A stretch of DNA of 64,000 bases from a virus (lineage: Duplodnaviria > Heunggongvirae > Uroviricota > Caudoviricetes), in the IMG/VR virus record IMGVR_UViG_3300045977_000087. One strand, given 5' to 3'. Each line of letters begins with the position of its first letter. Within the stretch, counting starts at the first letter, position 1. The translations under genes were made by a program, and so were the position numbers. The notes beneath the pieces were generated by a model. That model saw only the letters and a program-made list of their open reading frames with translations. It did no database searches and was not told where the DNA came from. Below are positions 37,105-46,677 of the stretch, one piece after another.

Positions 37105-37655
37105 GAATTAATGAACAAATCAGAACTACTCTAAGTGAGTACAATATACCTGAGAATGATGGGCTTGCCTATCTTCTCAGTATATATTTCAATTGCAGGC
37201 CTTCCTATACTCCACCTATCTTAGTTCAGAAAATGAACATTACCAACATTCTTGGTATAGGACAGAATAGGGAGGTAATTTGGCATATTCCCTTGTTTGA
37301 GAATGAAGATTCAATAGCAACTTGGGAGTGGGTAAGTGCATGGAGCTCTAGGTTTGAGTCTATCAACCCTTTAAGAAAAGCTCCATTCAAGTCAGTTATG
37401 CTAAGGATGAAAGCTTTCTTTGCTGAGAATCCTGATGTAAGAAAAGAGGAGGTTATTGAGGCTACAAACATGTACCTCAGAACTGTAAGAGACAAACAGT
37501 ATCTTATCAGTCCTCATTATTTCATCAGTAAGGGTGTAGGCAGAGACAGAACATCTGCTTTATTAGGATGGGTTGAGAAATATAGGGCTACTATGGCAAA
37601 TCCTGTAGAGAAACAAGACCCAGGAGAACCTGACTTAAGAAGCACAATTCAATAG
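37101..37655 (+). CDS. Hypothetical protein
   Basis: 184-aa ORF, translationally coupled to the helicase. Confidence 0.4.
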   Translation: MRINEQIRTTLSEYNIPENDGLAYLLSIYFNCRPSYTPPILVQKMNITNILGIGQNREVIWHIPLFENEDSIATWEWVSAWSSRFESINPLRKAPFKSVMLRMKAFFAENPDVRKEEVIEATNMYLRTVRDKQYLISPHYFISKGVGRDRTSALLGWVEKYRATMANPVEKQDPGEPDLRSTIQ

Positions 37656-37657
37656 CC

Positions 37658-38929
37658 ATGAATTTCAAGCAAGCCTTTATCTTTGGTCAAGAAGGTAAAA
37701 ACAAAGGACTTCCTATGGGAGAAGCATTTAAGAGATTGTCCTCAGCTCTTAATGATATTCAGAGAGGAAAGATTTATACTTTGGCAGGTGGACCAAAATC
37801 TGGTAAGAGCACAGTAGCAGATGTTGCTTTTGTCATAGAACCTGCCATATATGTTCTTCATCATAATGCACACTATGATGAACTCATCTCTGAAATACAA
37901 CAACAACTCTCTGTTCAGATTACACCTAGTCAAAGGTTAGCTCTGAACAAAGAGTATGAGGAACTGGTTGCCAAGAAAATTGACTTTGAGATTATCTATA
38001 ACTCTTATGAGATAGATAGGGTAAGCAAGGAATTTGATTTTATGGCACACTTCCTTCATAGGGATTATGGTATTTATCAGATTCCTTTACCTGAAGGCAA
38101 GACTTATAGGGAAAAGAAGTTTGTGCCACTCTCTGCTCAGTATTTAAGAGGAGAGCTGACTTATGACAATAACAACTATGATGAAGAGAGGGAAACCATC
38201 AGGGTAACTGCAGATATAGAGTCCAAGATTAAAGAGACCTATAACAAGAGAATAGTCCCACTCTTTGGAGAGTATGATGAAAATGGAGTAAGAGTTTCTA
38301 AAGGCCTTATCAACTTTGTTGATGTAAAGGATAATCCAACAGGAGTAAGAAACTGGCTTATCAGATATGCTGAAAAACATGGAGAGTTTGTGTACTCTAC
38401 ATTTGTGAAGGACAATGTCACTCATAAAAGGCTAATTGGTTATAAAGCCACCAATCCAAATAAGTTTGTTCTTATAGTAACTGACCATCTAAGGAAGCTG
38501 CTTCCTGAGAGGGGATTTGATTTAAAGAAAACTGTAGATAAGTTCTCTGAGTATGCAGTGGAATTCAGGAATGTTTGTAACTTTAGTTTCTTGCACATTA
38601 TTCACTTGAATAGAGCAATGTCTAATGTTGACAGAAGAAGCCTTGATGAAGATAAACTCTTCCCCACTGCTGAGGATATCAAAGAAACAGGTAATTTAAG
38701 TGAGGATAGTAACTACATCATCACCATGTTCAATCCCAATGATGATAAGTACAATCTTAAAAGTCATTTTGGCACCCAAATCAGGAAGAATGATAACACC
38801 CTTATCTATCCTGATATGAGGTCTCTGCATTTAGTGGAATCTAGGCATTGCATATGCCCTCAGCATTTCAGAATTAATATGCATGGAGACATCAAGAAGT
38901 TCACACCTATTACAATTCAGAATTACTAA
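37658..38929 (+). CDS. DnaB-like/RecA-fold ATPase (replicative helicase candidate)
   Basis: Walker A is LAGGPKSGKST. A DnaB-like Walker B follows in hhhhTDHLRKL. Confidence 0.5.
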   Translation: MNFKQAFIFGQEGKNKGLPMGEAFKRLSSALNDIQRGKIYTLAGGPKSGKSTVADVAFVIEPAIYVLHHNAHYDELISEIQQQLSVQITPSQRLALNKEYEELVAKKIDFEIIYNSYEIDRVSKEFDFMAHFLHRDYGIYQIPLPEGKTYREKKFVPLSAQYLRGELTYDNNNYDEERETIRVTADIESKIKETYNKRIVPLFGEYDENGVRVSKGLINFVDVKDNPTGVRNWLIRYAEKHGEFVYSTFVKDNVTHKRLIGYKATNPNKFVLIVTDHLRKLLPERGFDLKKTVDKFSEYAVEFRNVCNFSFLHIIHLNRAMSNVDRRSLDEDKLFPTAEDIKETGNLSEDSNYIITMFNPNDDKYNLKSHFGTQIRKNDNTLIYPDMRSLHLVESRHCICPQHFRINMHGDIKKFTPITIQNY

Positions 38930-38947
38930 TCATTTAAACTTTCAAAA

Positions 38948-39694
38948 ATGCCTAAAATTTTAGTGTTAGCACCAAGTGGATTTGGAAAATCTACAAGTAT
39001 TGGACATGTTCCTGAATTAGGAATTACAGGTCTTGACCCAGAGGAAACTTACATACTGTCTGTAACCTCTAAGAACTTGCCATTTAAAGGTAGTACTGTA
39101 ACTTATCCTGTTACTCCTATCTCTGACTTGCAAGGTGGCAGAAGAGTAATTACAAATAATGCCAAAGACCTTGAATGGATTTTGGATAATTTGTCAAGAA
39201 GCCCATACAAGAATATTGTTTGGGATGATGCAAACTACATCATGCAGGATTGGTACATGGCTAATGCTTTGGCTAAAGGTTGGGATGCTCCAAAGACTAT
39301 AGGTTATTTCATGGGTAAAATCTTTGATGCCATTGAAAGACTTGATGCTGCAGGTAAAAATGTATTCATCTTAGCACATGGAGAGGCTGTTCCTAACCCT
39401 GATGGAAGAACTTATATGAAGTTCAAAACTACAGGGAAAATGGTTGATGAATATCTAACTGTAGAAGGTAAGGTAGATGTGACTTTAATTGGTATCAGCA
39501 GATATGATTTGAGTGGCAAGAAAGTCATCAAAGAATATCTAACCAATGAGAATGAGCAATATGCTTCTGCCAAATCTCCTATTGGTATGTTCAGTGAGCA
39601 ATTCATTCCTAATGACTTAGGGATAGTTGTGAGCAAACTCCTTGAGTATTATGGACCTACAGTTCCTTCTACTAAACAAGGAGAAAGTAACTAA
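38948..39694 (+). CDS. AAA/RecA-like ATPase (Sak4-like recombination ATPase candidate)
   Basis: The N-terminus ILVLAPSGFGKSTS is a Walker A. IVWDDANY is a Walker B. Confidence 0.45.
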   Translation: MPKILVLAPSGFGKSTSIGHVPELGITGLDPEETYILSVTSKNLPFKGSTVTYPVTPISDLQGGRRVITNNAKDLEWILDNLSRSPYKNIVWDDANYIMQDWYMANALAKGWDAPKTIGYFMGKIFDAIERLDAAGKNVFILAHGEAVPNPDGRTYMKFKTTGKMVDEYLTVEGKVDVTLIGISRYDLSGKKVIKEYLTNENEQYASAKSPIGMFSEQFIPNDLGIVVSKLLEYYGPTVPSTKQGESN

Positions 39695-39724
39695 TTAATT
39701 GTTTAATCTTAATATCTTAAAGCT

Positions 39725-40195
39725 ATGTCTGGTACTACAACAATCAGAATCAGTGAAGTTATTTCCTTGTTAGACCAAGGAAAAAGCAGAAAACAAATTG
39801 CTCAGCACTTTGGTAAAACAGAAGCTGAAATGCAAAGAACTGTTTGGTCTCATCCTAAACTGAAAGGCAGAAAAGCCAAAAAGGTGGATGATATCTCTCT
39901 TGAAGATGATTCAGAGGACTCCTCCTCCAGCTCATCCTCAAGTAGCAGTTCAAGTTCCTCTTCTTCTACCACTTCAGAAAGCTCTAGTTGGCCTTCTTCA
40001 AGTACAGAAGAATCAGAAACTTCTGAGTGGAAAGGAGAACAAGATGGTTCTATTTACCCTTCCCATTCTACATCTTCAGATACTACATCAGAAACTACAT
40101 CAGAGACACCAAGCTCTGAGTGGAATGAGGGTACTGAAGAGACTTCTACTTCTTCTACAGGGGAGTCAACAACATCTAGTGAGACTTGGCCATAA
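39725..40195 (+). CDS. HTH DNA-binding protein with long poly-Ser/acidic low-complexity tail
   Basis: The N-terminus ISEVISLLDQGKSRKQIAQHFGKTEAEMQRTV looks helix-turn-helix. It is followed by an S(14) run and an S/T/E-rich tail. Confidence 0.45.
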   Translation: MSGTTTIRISEVISLLDQGKSRKQIAQHFGKTEAEMQRTVWSHPKLKGRKAKKVDDISLEDDSEDSSSSSSSSSSSSSSSSTTSESSSWPSSSTEESETSEWKGEQDGSIYPSHSTSSDTTSETTSETPSSEWNEGTEETSTSSTGESTTSSETWP

Positions 40196-40283
40196 GCCAA
40201 GTTTTCACTATATTTGCCCTTCCTACTATTCACAAAAACCTATTTTACTATTTAAACATTATTAATTTTAATACATTTTTATT

Positions 40284-41078
40284 ATGTCAGAGCAATTAGA
40301 AGGTTATGGAAGCTTTGTGTCAGATTCAGATGAGTCATTAATAACAAAAGCAGGTGCTAAGTTTGGTGGAAACTTTGGAGATGGAACTTTAATCAAGTTT
40401 GCATACAACCCAAATGTTTCAAAAGAAGGTGAAGAACCAAGAGAAGCAGTGGAAATCACTGTTAAAATTGGGGATAGAGAGTACAAGGATTGGATTAATC
40501 CTATCACTAAAGTTGTGGATAAGAACAATGTGGAGATTACTGACAGACAATCTGCAGAATATATCACTAAGTTTAATGATGCCATCAGACAGCAAAAGGC
40601 AGTGTTCTTGCACTATCTTAAAGCTGTAGGTGTATCTGAAGATGCTGTTAAAGCAGCTACTGCTACTCCTCCTACAAGCTTTGCTGATTATGCTCAAAGG
40701 CTTTGTTCATTATTGCCTATTGGTTTTGACAAAAAGCCTCTTGACATTTTCCTTGAGTATCAATGGAATTATGGAAAGAAACAAGATGGTAGCTTCCAAG
40801 ACAAAACTTATCCAACTTTGCCTAGAAATATGAAAGGTGGATATTTCATTGTACCTGCACAACCTGGTGTATGGGTAGAGAGTAGAGAAGGAGGAAGCCT
40901 TTGCTATACTAATTCTAATGGAGCTAAACACCCATTTGAAAGAAGCAAAGACTTCATGGAAAGTAACAAAGGTAAACAACAAACCTTGGCTACTGCCACA
41001 ACTTCAGGACCTGGCTCACCAATGAGCAGTTCTTCTACACCTGCACCTACTGGGAATGCTGGTGGTGGTTGGCAATAA
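40284..41078 (+). CDS. Hypothetical protein (replication module)
   Basis: 264-aa ORF ending in a Gly/Ser/Pro-rich tail. Confidence 0.45.
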   Translation: MSEQLEGYGSFVSDSDESLITKAGAKFGGNFGDGTLIKFAYNPNVSKEGEEPREAVEITVKIGDREYKDWINPITKVVDKNNVEITDRQSAEYITKFNDAIRQQKAVFLHYLKAVGVSEDAVKAATATPPTSFADYAQRLCSLLPIGFDKKPLDIFLEYQWNYGKKQDGSFQDKTYPTLPRNMKGGYFIVPAQPGVWVESREGGSLCYTNSNGAKHPFERSKDFMESNKGKQQTLATATTSGPGSPMSSSSTPAPTGNAGGGWQ

Positions 41079-41086
41079 TTGATTAA

Positions 41087-42121
41087 TTGCATGTCATGGA
41101 TGCTTCATCTGAATATGGACAAAACCCCCTGCAAAGGGGGTTCATATGCAAGGATAGTATCCTAAGTACAGTTAGTCAAGAAGAAATATTCCAACTTGTA
41201 TTTGGGTTTATGCCTGAAGAGTGTCAATATGTTGCTTCCCCCTTAAGGAAAGATAAAGGCCCTGGATGTTGGTTTACATATCATACATCTGGGGTACTTT
41301 ATTTTATAGATTGGGGAGGTTCAAGAACACATAGTGATTGCTTTAATATGGTACAGGACTATTTTGGGCTTCCAAACTTTTATGCTACCCTGCAGTTCAT
41401 TTATGACAAGTTAATCAAAGGGAAACCTATGGCTACTGTTGTTACCCATAAGTGCCCTGAGATTATAACTGAGAAACCTCCTGTCAAACTTCTTGTAGAA
41501 CCAAGGCCTTTCAACCTAAATGACCAAGTCTTTTGGTCTAAGTATGGTATAGGGAAGATGAACTTGGTAGAGGACAAAGTCTTTGCTGTGAAAAAGTACT
41601 ATGCCCTACACACTAAGAAGGGAGACTTTGCAAGGGAACCTACTAGCATAGCCTATTGCTACACAGACTTCCAAGACAAGAGAAAGAAACTCTACTTTCC
41701 TAAGGAGTCTGGCCACAACAGGTTCCTATCCAATTGTAGTAAGGATGATATAGGTGGTATCAGCAGCTTAATTCCATATGGTAAACAGCTGATTATTACA
41801 AAAGGATATAAGGATTACAGGGTACTCAAGAATCATGGCAAGAATGTAGTATGGTTCCAAAATGAAGGCATGATACCAAATGATGAAGCTTTGTCTTATT
41901 TAGTTCAACACTTTAAGAGTGTTATTGTTTGGTATGATAATGACCATGTTGGAATACAGGCTTCTGAAAGAGTTAGGGACAAGATAAATAGTCTATTCCC
42001 AGCTAAAGCAAGGAATCTTTGGTTACCTGAAAGGCTACATGATGAGGGGATTAAAGACCCTTCTGATTGTATAGCACAAGACAGCCCTTTTTTCATTAAA
42101 TTTCTAAACACTTTTACATGA
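41087..42121 (+). CDS. Primase-like protein (Zn-binding N-terminus plus Toprim-like DxD)
   Basis: The segment CWFTYH...HSDC provides Cys/His ligands. VIVWYDNDHVG is a DxD acidic motif in a predicted beta-strand context, typical of Toprim. Confidence 0.4.
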   Translation: MHVMDASSEYGQNPLQRGFICKDSILSTVSQEEIFQLVFGFMPEECQYVASPLRKDKGPGCWFTYHTSGVLYFIDWGGSRTHSDCFNMVQDYFGLPNFYATLQFIYDKLIKGKPMATVVTHKCPEIITEKPPVKLLVEPRPFNLNDQVFWSKYGIGKMNLVEDKVFAVKKYYALHTKKGDFAREPTSIAYCYTDFQDKRKKLYFPKESGHNRFLSNCSKDDIGGISSLIPYGKQLIITKGYKDYRVLKNHGKNVVWFQNEGMIPNDEALSYLVQHFKSVIVWYDNDHVGIQASERVRDKINSLFPAKARNLWLPERLHDEGIKDPSDCIAQDSPFFIKFLNTFT

Positions 42122-42834
42122 ATCCTTTAGATAGAATCCATTCAAGTTGGGAGCCTCTTCTTCATTATCTAAACCAAGAAAGCTTCCTACACTTTAAGTA
42201 TGAAATTCTACCCAATATTCTTTATTACCCTGAAGATAGGAATAATATCTTTAGAGTTTTCTCCATGCCTTTACAGGATATTAAGGTAGTAATCCTTGGC
42301 CAAGACCCCTATCATGGTAGAGGTCAGGCTACAGGACTTGCCTTTGCTGTATGTCCAATGACATCTACCCCTCCAAGTCTTAAGTTTATCCATCAGGAAT
42401 TATATGGTATTGAAGAGATACCTGCAATATGGAAAACACTTGAGCACTGGGAAGAACAGGGAGTTTTTCTCCTAAATACAGCCCTTACTGTAGAATCAGG
42501 CAGACCAGGAAGCCATTTAGAATATTGGAATGAATTCATACAACAAGTGATTGCCTACATAGGCAGAAACCATCCATGTATTTGGCTCCTTTGGGGTCAA
42601 AAGGCACAGAGATTTATGTTTAATCTTCCAGCAAAATCTCTATTTAATGTGCAGGGATACAACATGGATACTATTACCCAAATCCCTATCAGTGAAGATT
42701 ACAACTATGTGTTAAGGGCAGCACACCCTGCTGCTGAGGCTTATCAGAGTAATGCTGGCTTCTTAGGGTGTAACCATTTTAAGTTTGCCAATATTATTCT
42801 ACAAAAGCAAAGAAAAAAGATTATTAATTTTTAA
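42118..42834 (+). CDS. ung: Uracil-DNA glycosylase (family 1, Ung-like)
   Basis: VVILGQDPYHGRGQATGLAFAV is near-identical to the Ung water-activating loop (GQDPYH). A C-terminal HP..A motif is present. Confidence 0.85.
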   Translation: MNPLDRIHSSWEPLLHYLNQESFLHFKYEILPNILYYPEDRNNIFRVFSMPLQDIKVVILGQDPYHGRGQATGLAFAVCPMTSTPPSLKFIHQELYGIEEIPAIWKTLEHWEEQGVFLLNTALTVESGRPGSHLEYWNEFIQQVIAYIGRNHPCIWLLWGQKAQRFMFNLPAKSLFNVQGYNMDTITQIPISEDYNYVLRAAHPAAEAYQSNAGFLGCNHFKFANIILQKQRKKIINF

Positions 42835-42845
42835 CACTAAAGTAT

Positions 42846-43664
42846 ATGAGTACTGACAGCACAGCTGTAGAGTTAGCCAGAGAGATAACTCTATACAATG
42901 TTAGAGGTGGAAACCTCACAAAAATTCAGTCTTTTGCCAGAACTTGGGGAGAGTTAAAATCAGAGGTCAGAAAAGCTGGCTTTGATACTGACAGGTCCTT
43001 AGTTACTGAGTCAATAAACAAGACTGATTTGGTTAGTGACCTTGCAGTTTTGCCTACAGGTCCTTTCAGATTGTATCTCAGACCTAAGGAGGTGAAGTCT
43101 GGGTTAATGGACAGAAAGGAATTGTTTGCAGAAATCAAGGCCCATATTACAGCTCATCCTGAGGATAAGCAACTGTTTGTAATAAATGGTTGTAATATGA
43201 CTCAGTTATCCACATCCAAACTTCAGGAGTTATATGACTCTCATATTCTCATGGGAAAGGGAAAAGCCACCTCTTCTTCACCTTCAGCTTCTGCCTCATC
43301 TTCTTGTGGTGCTACATCTTCTACTTGTATAGAAGACAAGAAAAAAGACAAGAAGAAGAAGAAAGACAAAAAGAAAGGCAAGAAAGACAAGAAGTCTCAC
43401 TTCAATGAGCCAGCTTGTGACCCTGACTATGACCCAGAGTATGACCCAGAATATGGGGCAGAAGAAGAGGAGTATGAAGAAGATGAATCTCCTGTTATCT
43501 TTGCACAACAAGCTCTTCAGCTTATCCAACAAATTCCTACCTCAAAGGAAAAGGTTAATGCTGAAACAGCTATCCAAAAACTTATTGAGGCCTTGACAGG
43601 TGTAGAGCCTGTTGAGACTGAAGAAGAAATCTGTGCAAGAGAAGCAAGAGCCATCTTTGGGTAA
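42846..43664 (+). CDS. Candidate ubiquitin-like (Ubl) substrate protein of the E2/JAB/E1 operon; tandem beta-grasp-like N-terminus, low-complexity linker, C-terminal Gly
   Basis: First gene of the overlapping operon. Residues about 95-135 (KQLFVINGCNMTQLSTSKLQELYDSHILMGKG) resemble the ubiquitin C-terminal half. Residues 60-85 (DLAVLPTGPFRLYLRPKE) resemble the LHLVLRLRGG region. The protein ends ...AIFG. Confidence 0.35.
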   Translation: MSTDSTAVELAREITLYNVRGGNLTKIQSFARTWGELKSEVRKAGFDTDRSLVTESINKTDLVSDLAVLPTGPFRLYLRPKEVKSGLMDRKELFAEIKAHITAHPEDKQLFVINGCNMTQLSTSKLQELYDSHILMGKGKATSSSPSASASSSCGATSSTCIEDKKKDKKKKKDKKKGKKDKKSHFNEPACDPDYDPEYDPEYGAEEEEYEEDESPVIFAQQALQLIQQIPTSKEKVNAETAIQKLIEALTGVEPVETEEEICAREARAIFG

Positions 43665-43705
43665 CAGTAATTTAAGCCCTGCAGAAATGTGGGGCTTTTA
43701 ATCTT

Positions 43706-44914
43706 TTGCTTATGAATATAGCCAACAACACCAATGCCTCTGCAGGAATTTGGGCAAATATTATAGAGGGTATAAATCTCAATGGTCTTGCCACAAGTGA
43801 CAGGATACTGAGAAGGTTAGTAAGAAAGGGAAGAGTAGTCTTTGCTGAAGAGTGCTTGAGAGAATCTGACTTGCCACAAATCTTTAATATTGTCCACACA
43901 CTAAAAGAGCATTATGGTGACAACTTTGATGCTACCTTAAGGTATCATGGACAAAATATGTATGAGCTTCAGCTCAAGAGTATTTATCCTAAGGTAACAA
44001 TAAGGAACTCAAAGGACATGGAGATTCACATTACTGACTTAATTGTTGTGCATCCTTTTGGGTGTAGGCTTTATCCTAATGAGAATAAAATCTTTTATCC
44101 TGTAAGATTTCAAGGTACAAGACTAAGTGCCAGTGAACTTCAGTTCCAAAGTAGATATCTTCATAGTCATTTACCCTCTTGGAGTGTAGGTACATCTAAT
44201 AAACTCCACCCTTTTACAACAGGCTCCTTTTGCTTAGGTGCAGATTTGCTTTCAGTAATGCTTACAGAGTTTGAATCAGAGGCCAATATCAATGCTGCCC
44301 CTATCAACTTTGAAAGGTATGAAGCAATGCTCTATGCCATAGACAGTTATGTAAGGTGGGAATCACTTGAAGGAGTACCACATTTTAGGATGCAGAATGT
44401 CAGCAATAAAGGAAACATGGTAACTAGCTTTGCCTCTTATTACACCAAGACCTTTATTGATGCCCTAAAATCAAGAGAAAGAGTTGACTTTGATTTCTAT
44501 ATCAGTGAGGGGAAAATCCATATTGATGCTACAGAGAAAACTATTGACCTTGTTAGGAGAATTATACTTGAAGATATGGATGCAGGAGCAAGAACTAATC
44601 TCTTATGTGTATTTGACCCTTTCACAAGGAGTTATTTCTATAGAGAAAAGACTACTTCTCAGGCATATAACTTAGGTTTATTTGAAGAGAGGGAGCACTA
44701 CTTCACTATCTTTAGAGGAGAGAAAAAAAGATTTAAAATCATCAGGGACAGGCAGGTTAATGTCAAGGTCAAAGATGAAGATTGTTCAATTAATCCATAT
44801 TTTTTAAAAGATGTCTTTAGAGAACTCCAAAATAGACTTCACGAGACACAAGTACTCCAGAGTCGATATAGAGCAAAAAGTAAGATTAGAGATACCAGAC
44901 AAGGTACTTCATAA
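43706..44914 (+). CDS. E2-like ubiquitin-conjugating enzyme (UBC fold) domain protein, BilB-like
   Basis: LYPNENKIFYPVRF, then LHPFTTGSFCLGADLL, matches the UBC pattern (FP.DYP..PP.V.F ... HPN....G.ICLDIL) with a catalytic Cys. Confidence 0.6.
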   Translation: MLMNIANNTNASAGIWANIIEGINLNGLATSDRILRRLVRKGRVVFAEECLRESDLPQIFNIVHTLKEHYGDNFDATLRYHGQNMYELQLKSIYPKVTIRNSKDMEIHITDLIVVHPFGCRLYPNENKIFYPVRFQGTRLSASELQFQSRYLHSHLPSWSVGTSNKLHPFTTGSFCLGADLLSVMLTEFESEANINAAPINFERYEAMLYAIDSYVRWESLEGVPHFRMQNVSNKGNMVTSFASYYTKTFIDALKSRERVDFDFYISEGKIHIDATEKTIDLVRRIILEDMDAGARTNLLCVFDPFTRSYFYREKTTSQAYNLGLFEEREHYFTIFRGEKKRFKIIRDRQVNVKVKDEDCSINPYFLKDVFRELQNRLHETQVLQSRYRAKSKIRDTRQGTS

Positions 44915-46010
44915 AATCCAATACTTATGCAAGAATATTCCAAGAGTAGAATGGTCAGGTGCATTATTCTATAGTGTTAAGGGAACCATAAGGGACTTGA
45001 AGAGATTCAAGATAGTCCTTGAGGATATCTTACCACTTGATATGGGTACTGCTGCCTATACTGAGTACACCTTGGATAAAAGGTTTGTTGACTACATAGA
45101 AGAAGATTTTGACAGAAGGGCACAATGGAAGTTAGGACACATCCACTCACATAATGTGATGAAGGTGTTCTTTTCAGGTGTTGACATGCAGGAACTGTAT
45201 GACAATGCACCCAACCACAATTTCTATCTGTCTTTGATAGTCAATAATTACATGGACATGACTGCCAAGATTGCCTTTATAGGCAGTGGCAAGAAGGAAA
45301 CTGAAGTCTTTGTAGAGGCTCTTGATGAGAAAGGGAAACCTTTCTTAATTGCTAAGGAAGTTGCAACTACCAACATAGAGAATATCTATCTGATAGATTG
45401 TGATATCCATAGCACTAAACCCACTATCAAAGTGGAGAGAGACTTTGCTGAGAAAGTTGCTAAGATTATGGAACCCAAACCTGTAGCACCTGTCACTACT
45501 ATTTATAGAGGAACAGGAGGTATTAATATGCCTACAGAGTATGTGCACCATCCTTTTACCAATCCTAACTTCAGTGTACCAAAAGGGTTTAATCAAGTTG
45601 CAAGAGAAGAGACTTGGAGCCAGACCAGGATACCTTGGACAAGAGAGGATGAGCCTATTGACTTATTCTCTGCACTAAGTGTAGATGGTTTCTTTGTTAA
45701 GTTATTCACCTGCTGGTCTGAAATAAGACCTGAAGATGATGCTGAGGACATAATCTATGGTCTTGAAGACATGGAGATTACTGAACTTGAGATAGCAACA
45801 AAGGCACTTGAAAGATACCCTAAGCTATTTGTAGAACATTTCCAGACTGATAGGATTGAAGATTTCATAGTAGGCACACACAAGATTTTGGATATCCTCA
45901 TAGATTATGTGGGGCCATATCCAAAGATTGCCAAAGCCTATGAAGGTATTGTTAAGATGGTTGAAAAAGTATCTGAAGATGAATACAACAGACCAGAGAA
46001 GCAGGTTTAA
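44811..46010 (+). CDS. JAB/MPN (JAMM) metallopeptidase, deubiquitinase-like, BilC-like
   Basis: A Glu lies in VEWSGALFY. Then LGHIHSHNVMKVFFSGVD gives H-x-H ... S-x-x-D, the JAMM zinc site. Confidence 0.6.
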   Translation: MSLENSKIDFTRHKYSRVDIEQKVRLEIPDKVLHKIQYLCKNIPRVEWSGALFYSVKGTIRDLKRFKIVLEDILPLDMGTAAYTEYTLDKRFVDYIEEDFDRRAQWKLGHIHSHNVMKVFFSGVDMQELYDNAPNHNFYLSLIVNNYMDMTAKIAFIGSGKKETEVFVEALDEKGKPFLIAKEVATTNIENIYLIDCDIHSTKPTIKVERDFAEKVAKIMEPKPVAPVTTIYRGTGGINMPTEYVHHPFTNPNFSVPKGFNQVAREETWSQTRIPWTREDEPIDLFSALSVDGFFVKLFTCWSEIRPEDDAEDIIYGLEDMEITELEIATKALERYPKLFVEHFQTDRIEDFIVGTHKILDILIDYVGPYPKIAKAYEGIVKMVEKVSEDEYNRPEKQV

Positions 46011-46677
46011 GGATGCACCTTGGCTACCAAAGCAAGATGAATCATCCATTATTATTGGAGGTGCAGGAGGAATAGGTTCATGGCTTAATTTCTTCCTGAC
46101 TAAAATTGGATACAAAACCATAGTTTATGATTTTGATACCATAGAGGAACATAATCTTGGAGGGCAACTATTCAGACAAGATGACATAGGGAATCTTAAG
46201 GTAAGGGCTTTACAGAGAATATCTGAAGAGTTCTGTAGTACCTTTATAACTACCTTTGAAGAGGCTGTATCTGAACACAGTATGTCAGGACCATTTATGT
46301 TCTCTGCCTTTGATAACATGAGAGCAAGGGCTATAATGTTCAACAATTGGAAAAAGCATGCTCAACTTATGGAAACTCTTGGGCCTTCAAAAGCTATCTT
46401 CATAGATGGAAGGCTTGAAATAGAGCAACTGCAAGTTTTCTGCGTAACTCCTAAGAACATTGAAAGGTATGAGAAATATCTGTTTGCAGACAGCAGGGTA
46501 GCAGATGCACCCTGTACTATGAAGCAAAGTTCTCATACAGCAGCCATGATAGGTACTCTGATGACCTCTTTCTTCACTAATCATATGACTAACATCTATG
46601 CAGGAGAAGAGCTTAGGGAAGTACCTTTCTTCCATGAGTTTATTGTCCCAATTAATCTCACAACTACAGAGCCATGA
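45979..46677 (+). CDS. E1-like ThiF/MoeB-family adenylyltransferase with catalytic Cys, BilD-like
   Basis: IIIGGAGGIGSWL...VYDFDTIEEHNLGGQLF..DIG.LK aligns to the MoeB/ThiF segment GxGGxGS...DFDxVexSNLnRQ. ADAPCTMKQ resembles the E1 catalytic P(I/L)CT(L/V)K. Start placed at the internal Met MNTTDQ; the first ATG is at 45907. Confidence 0.7.
   Translation: MNTTDQRSRFKDAPWLPKQDESSIIIGGAGGIGSWLNFFLTKIGYKTIVYDFDTIEEHNLGGQLFRQDDIGNLKVRALQRISEEFCSTFITTFEEAVSEHSMSGPFMFSAFDNMRARAIMFNNWKKHAQLMETLGPSKAIFIDGRLEIEQLQVFCVTPKNIERYEKYLFADSRVADAPCTMKQSSHTAAMIGTLMTSFFTNHMTNIYAGEELREVPFFHEFIVPINLTTTEP

Noticed and set aside
39888-40265. 125-aa alt-frame ORF overlapping the poly-Ser protein gene
   Set aside because: Product of the repetitive AGC/TCC codon tract read out of frame. 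The HTH-containing frame has a proper N-terminal domain and start context.
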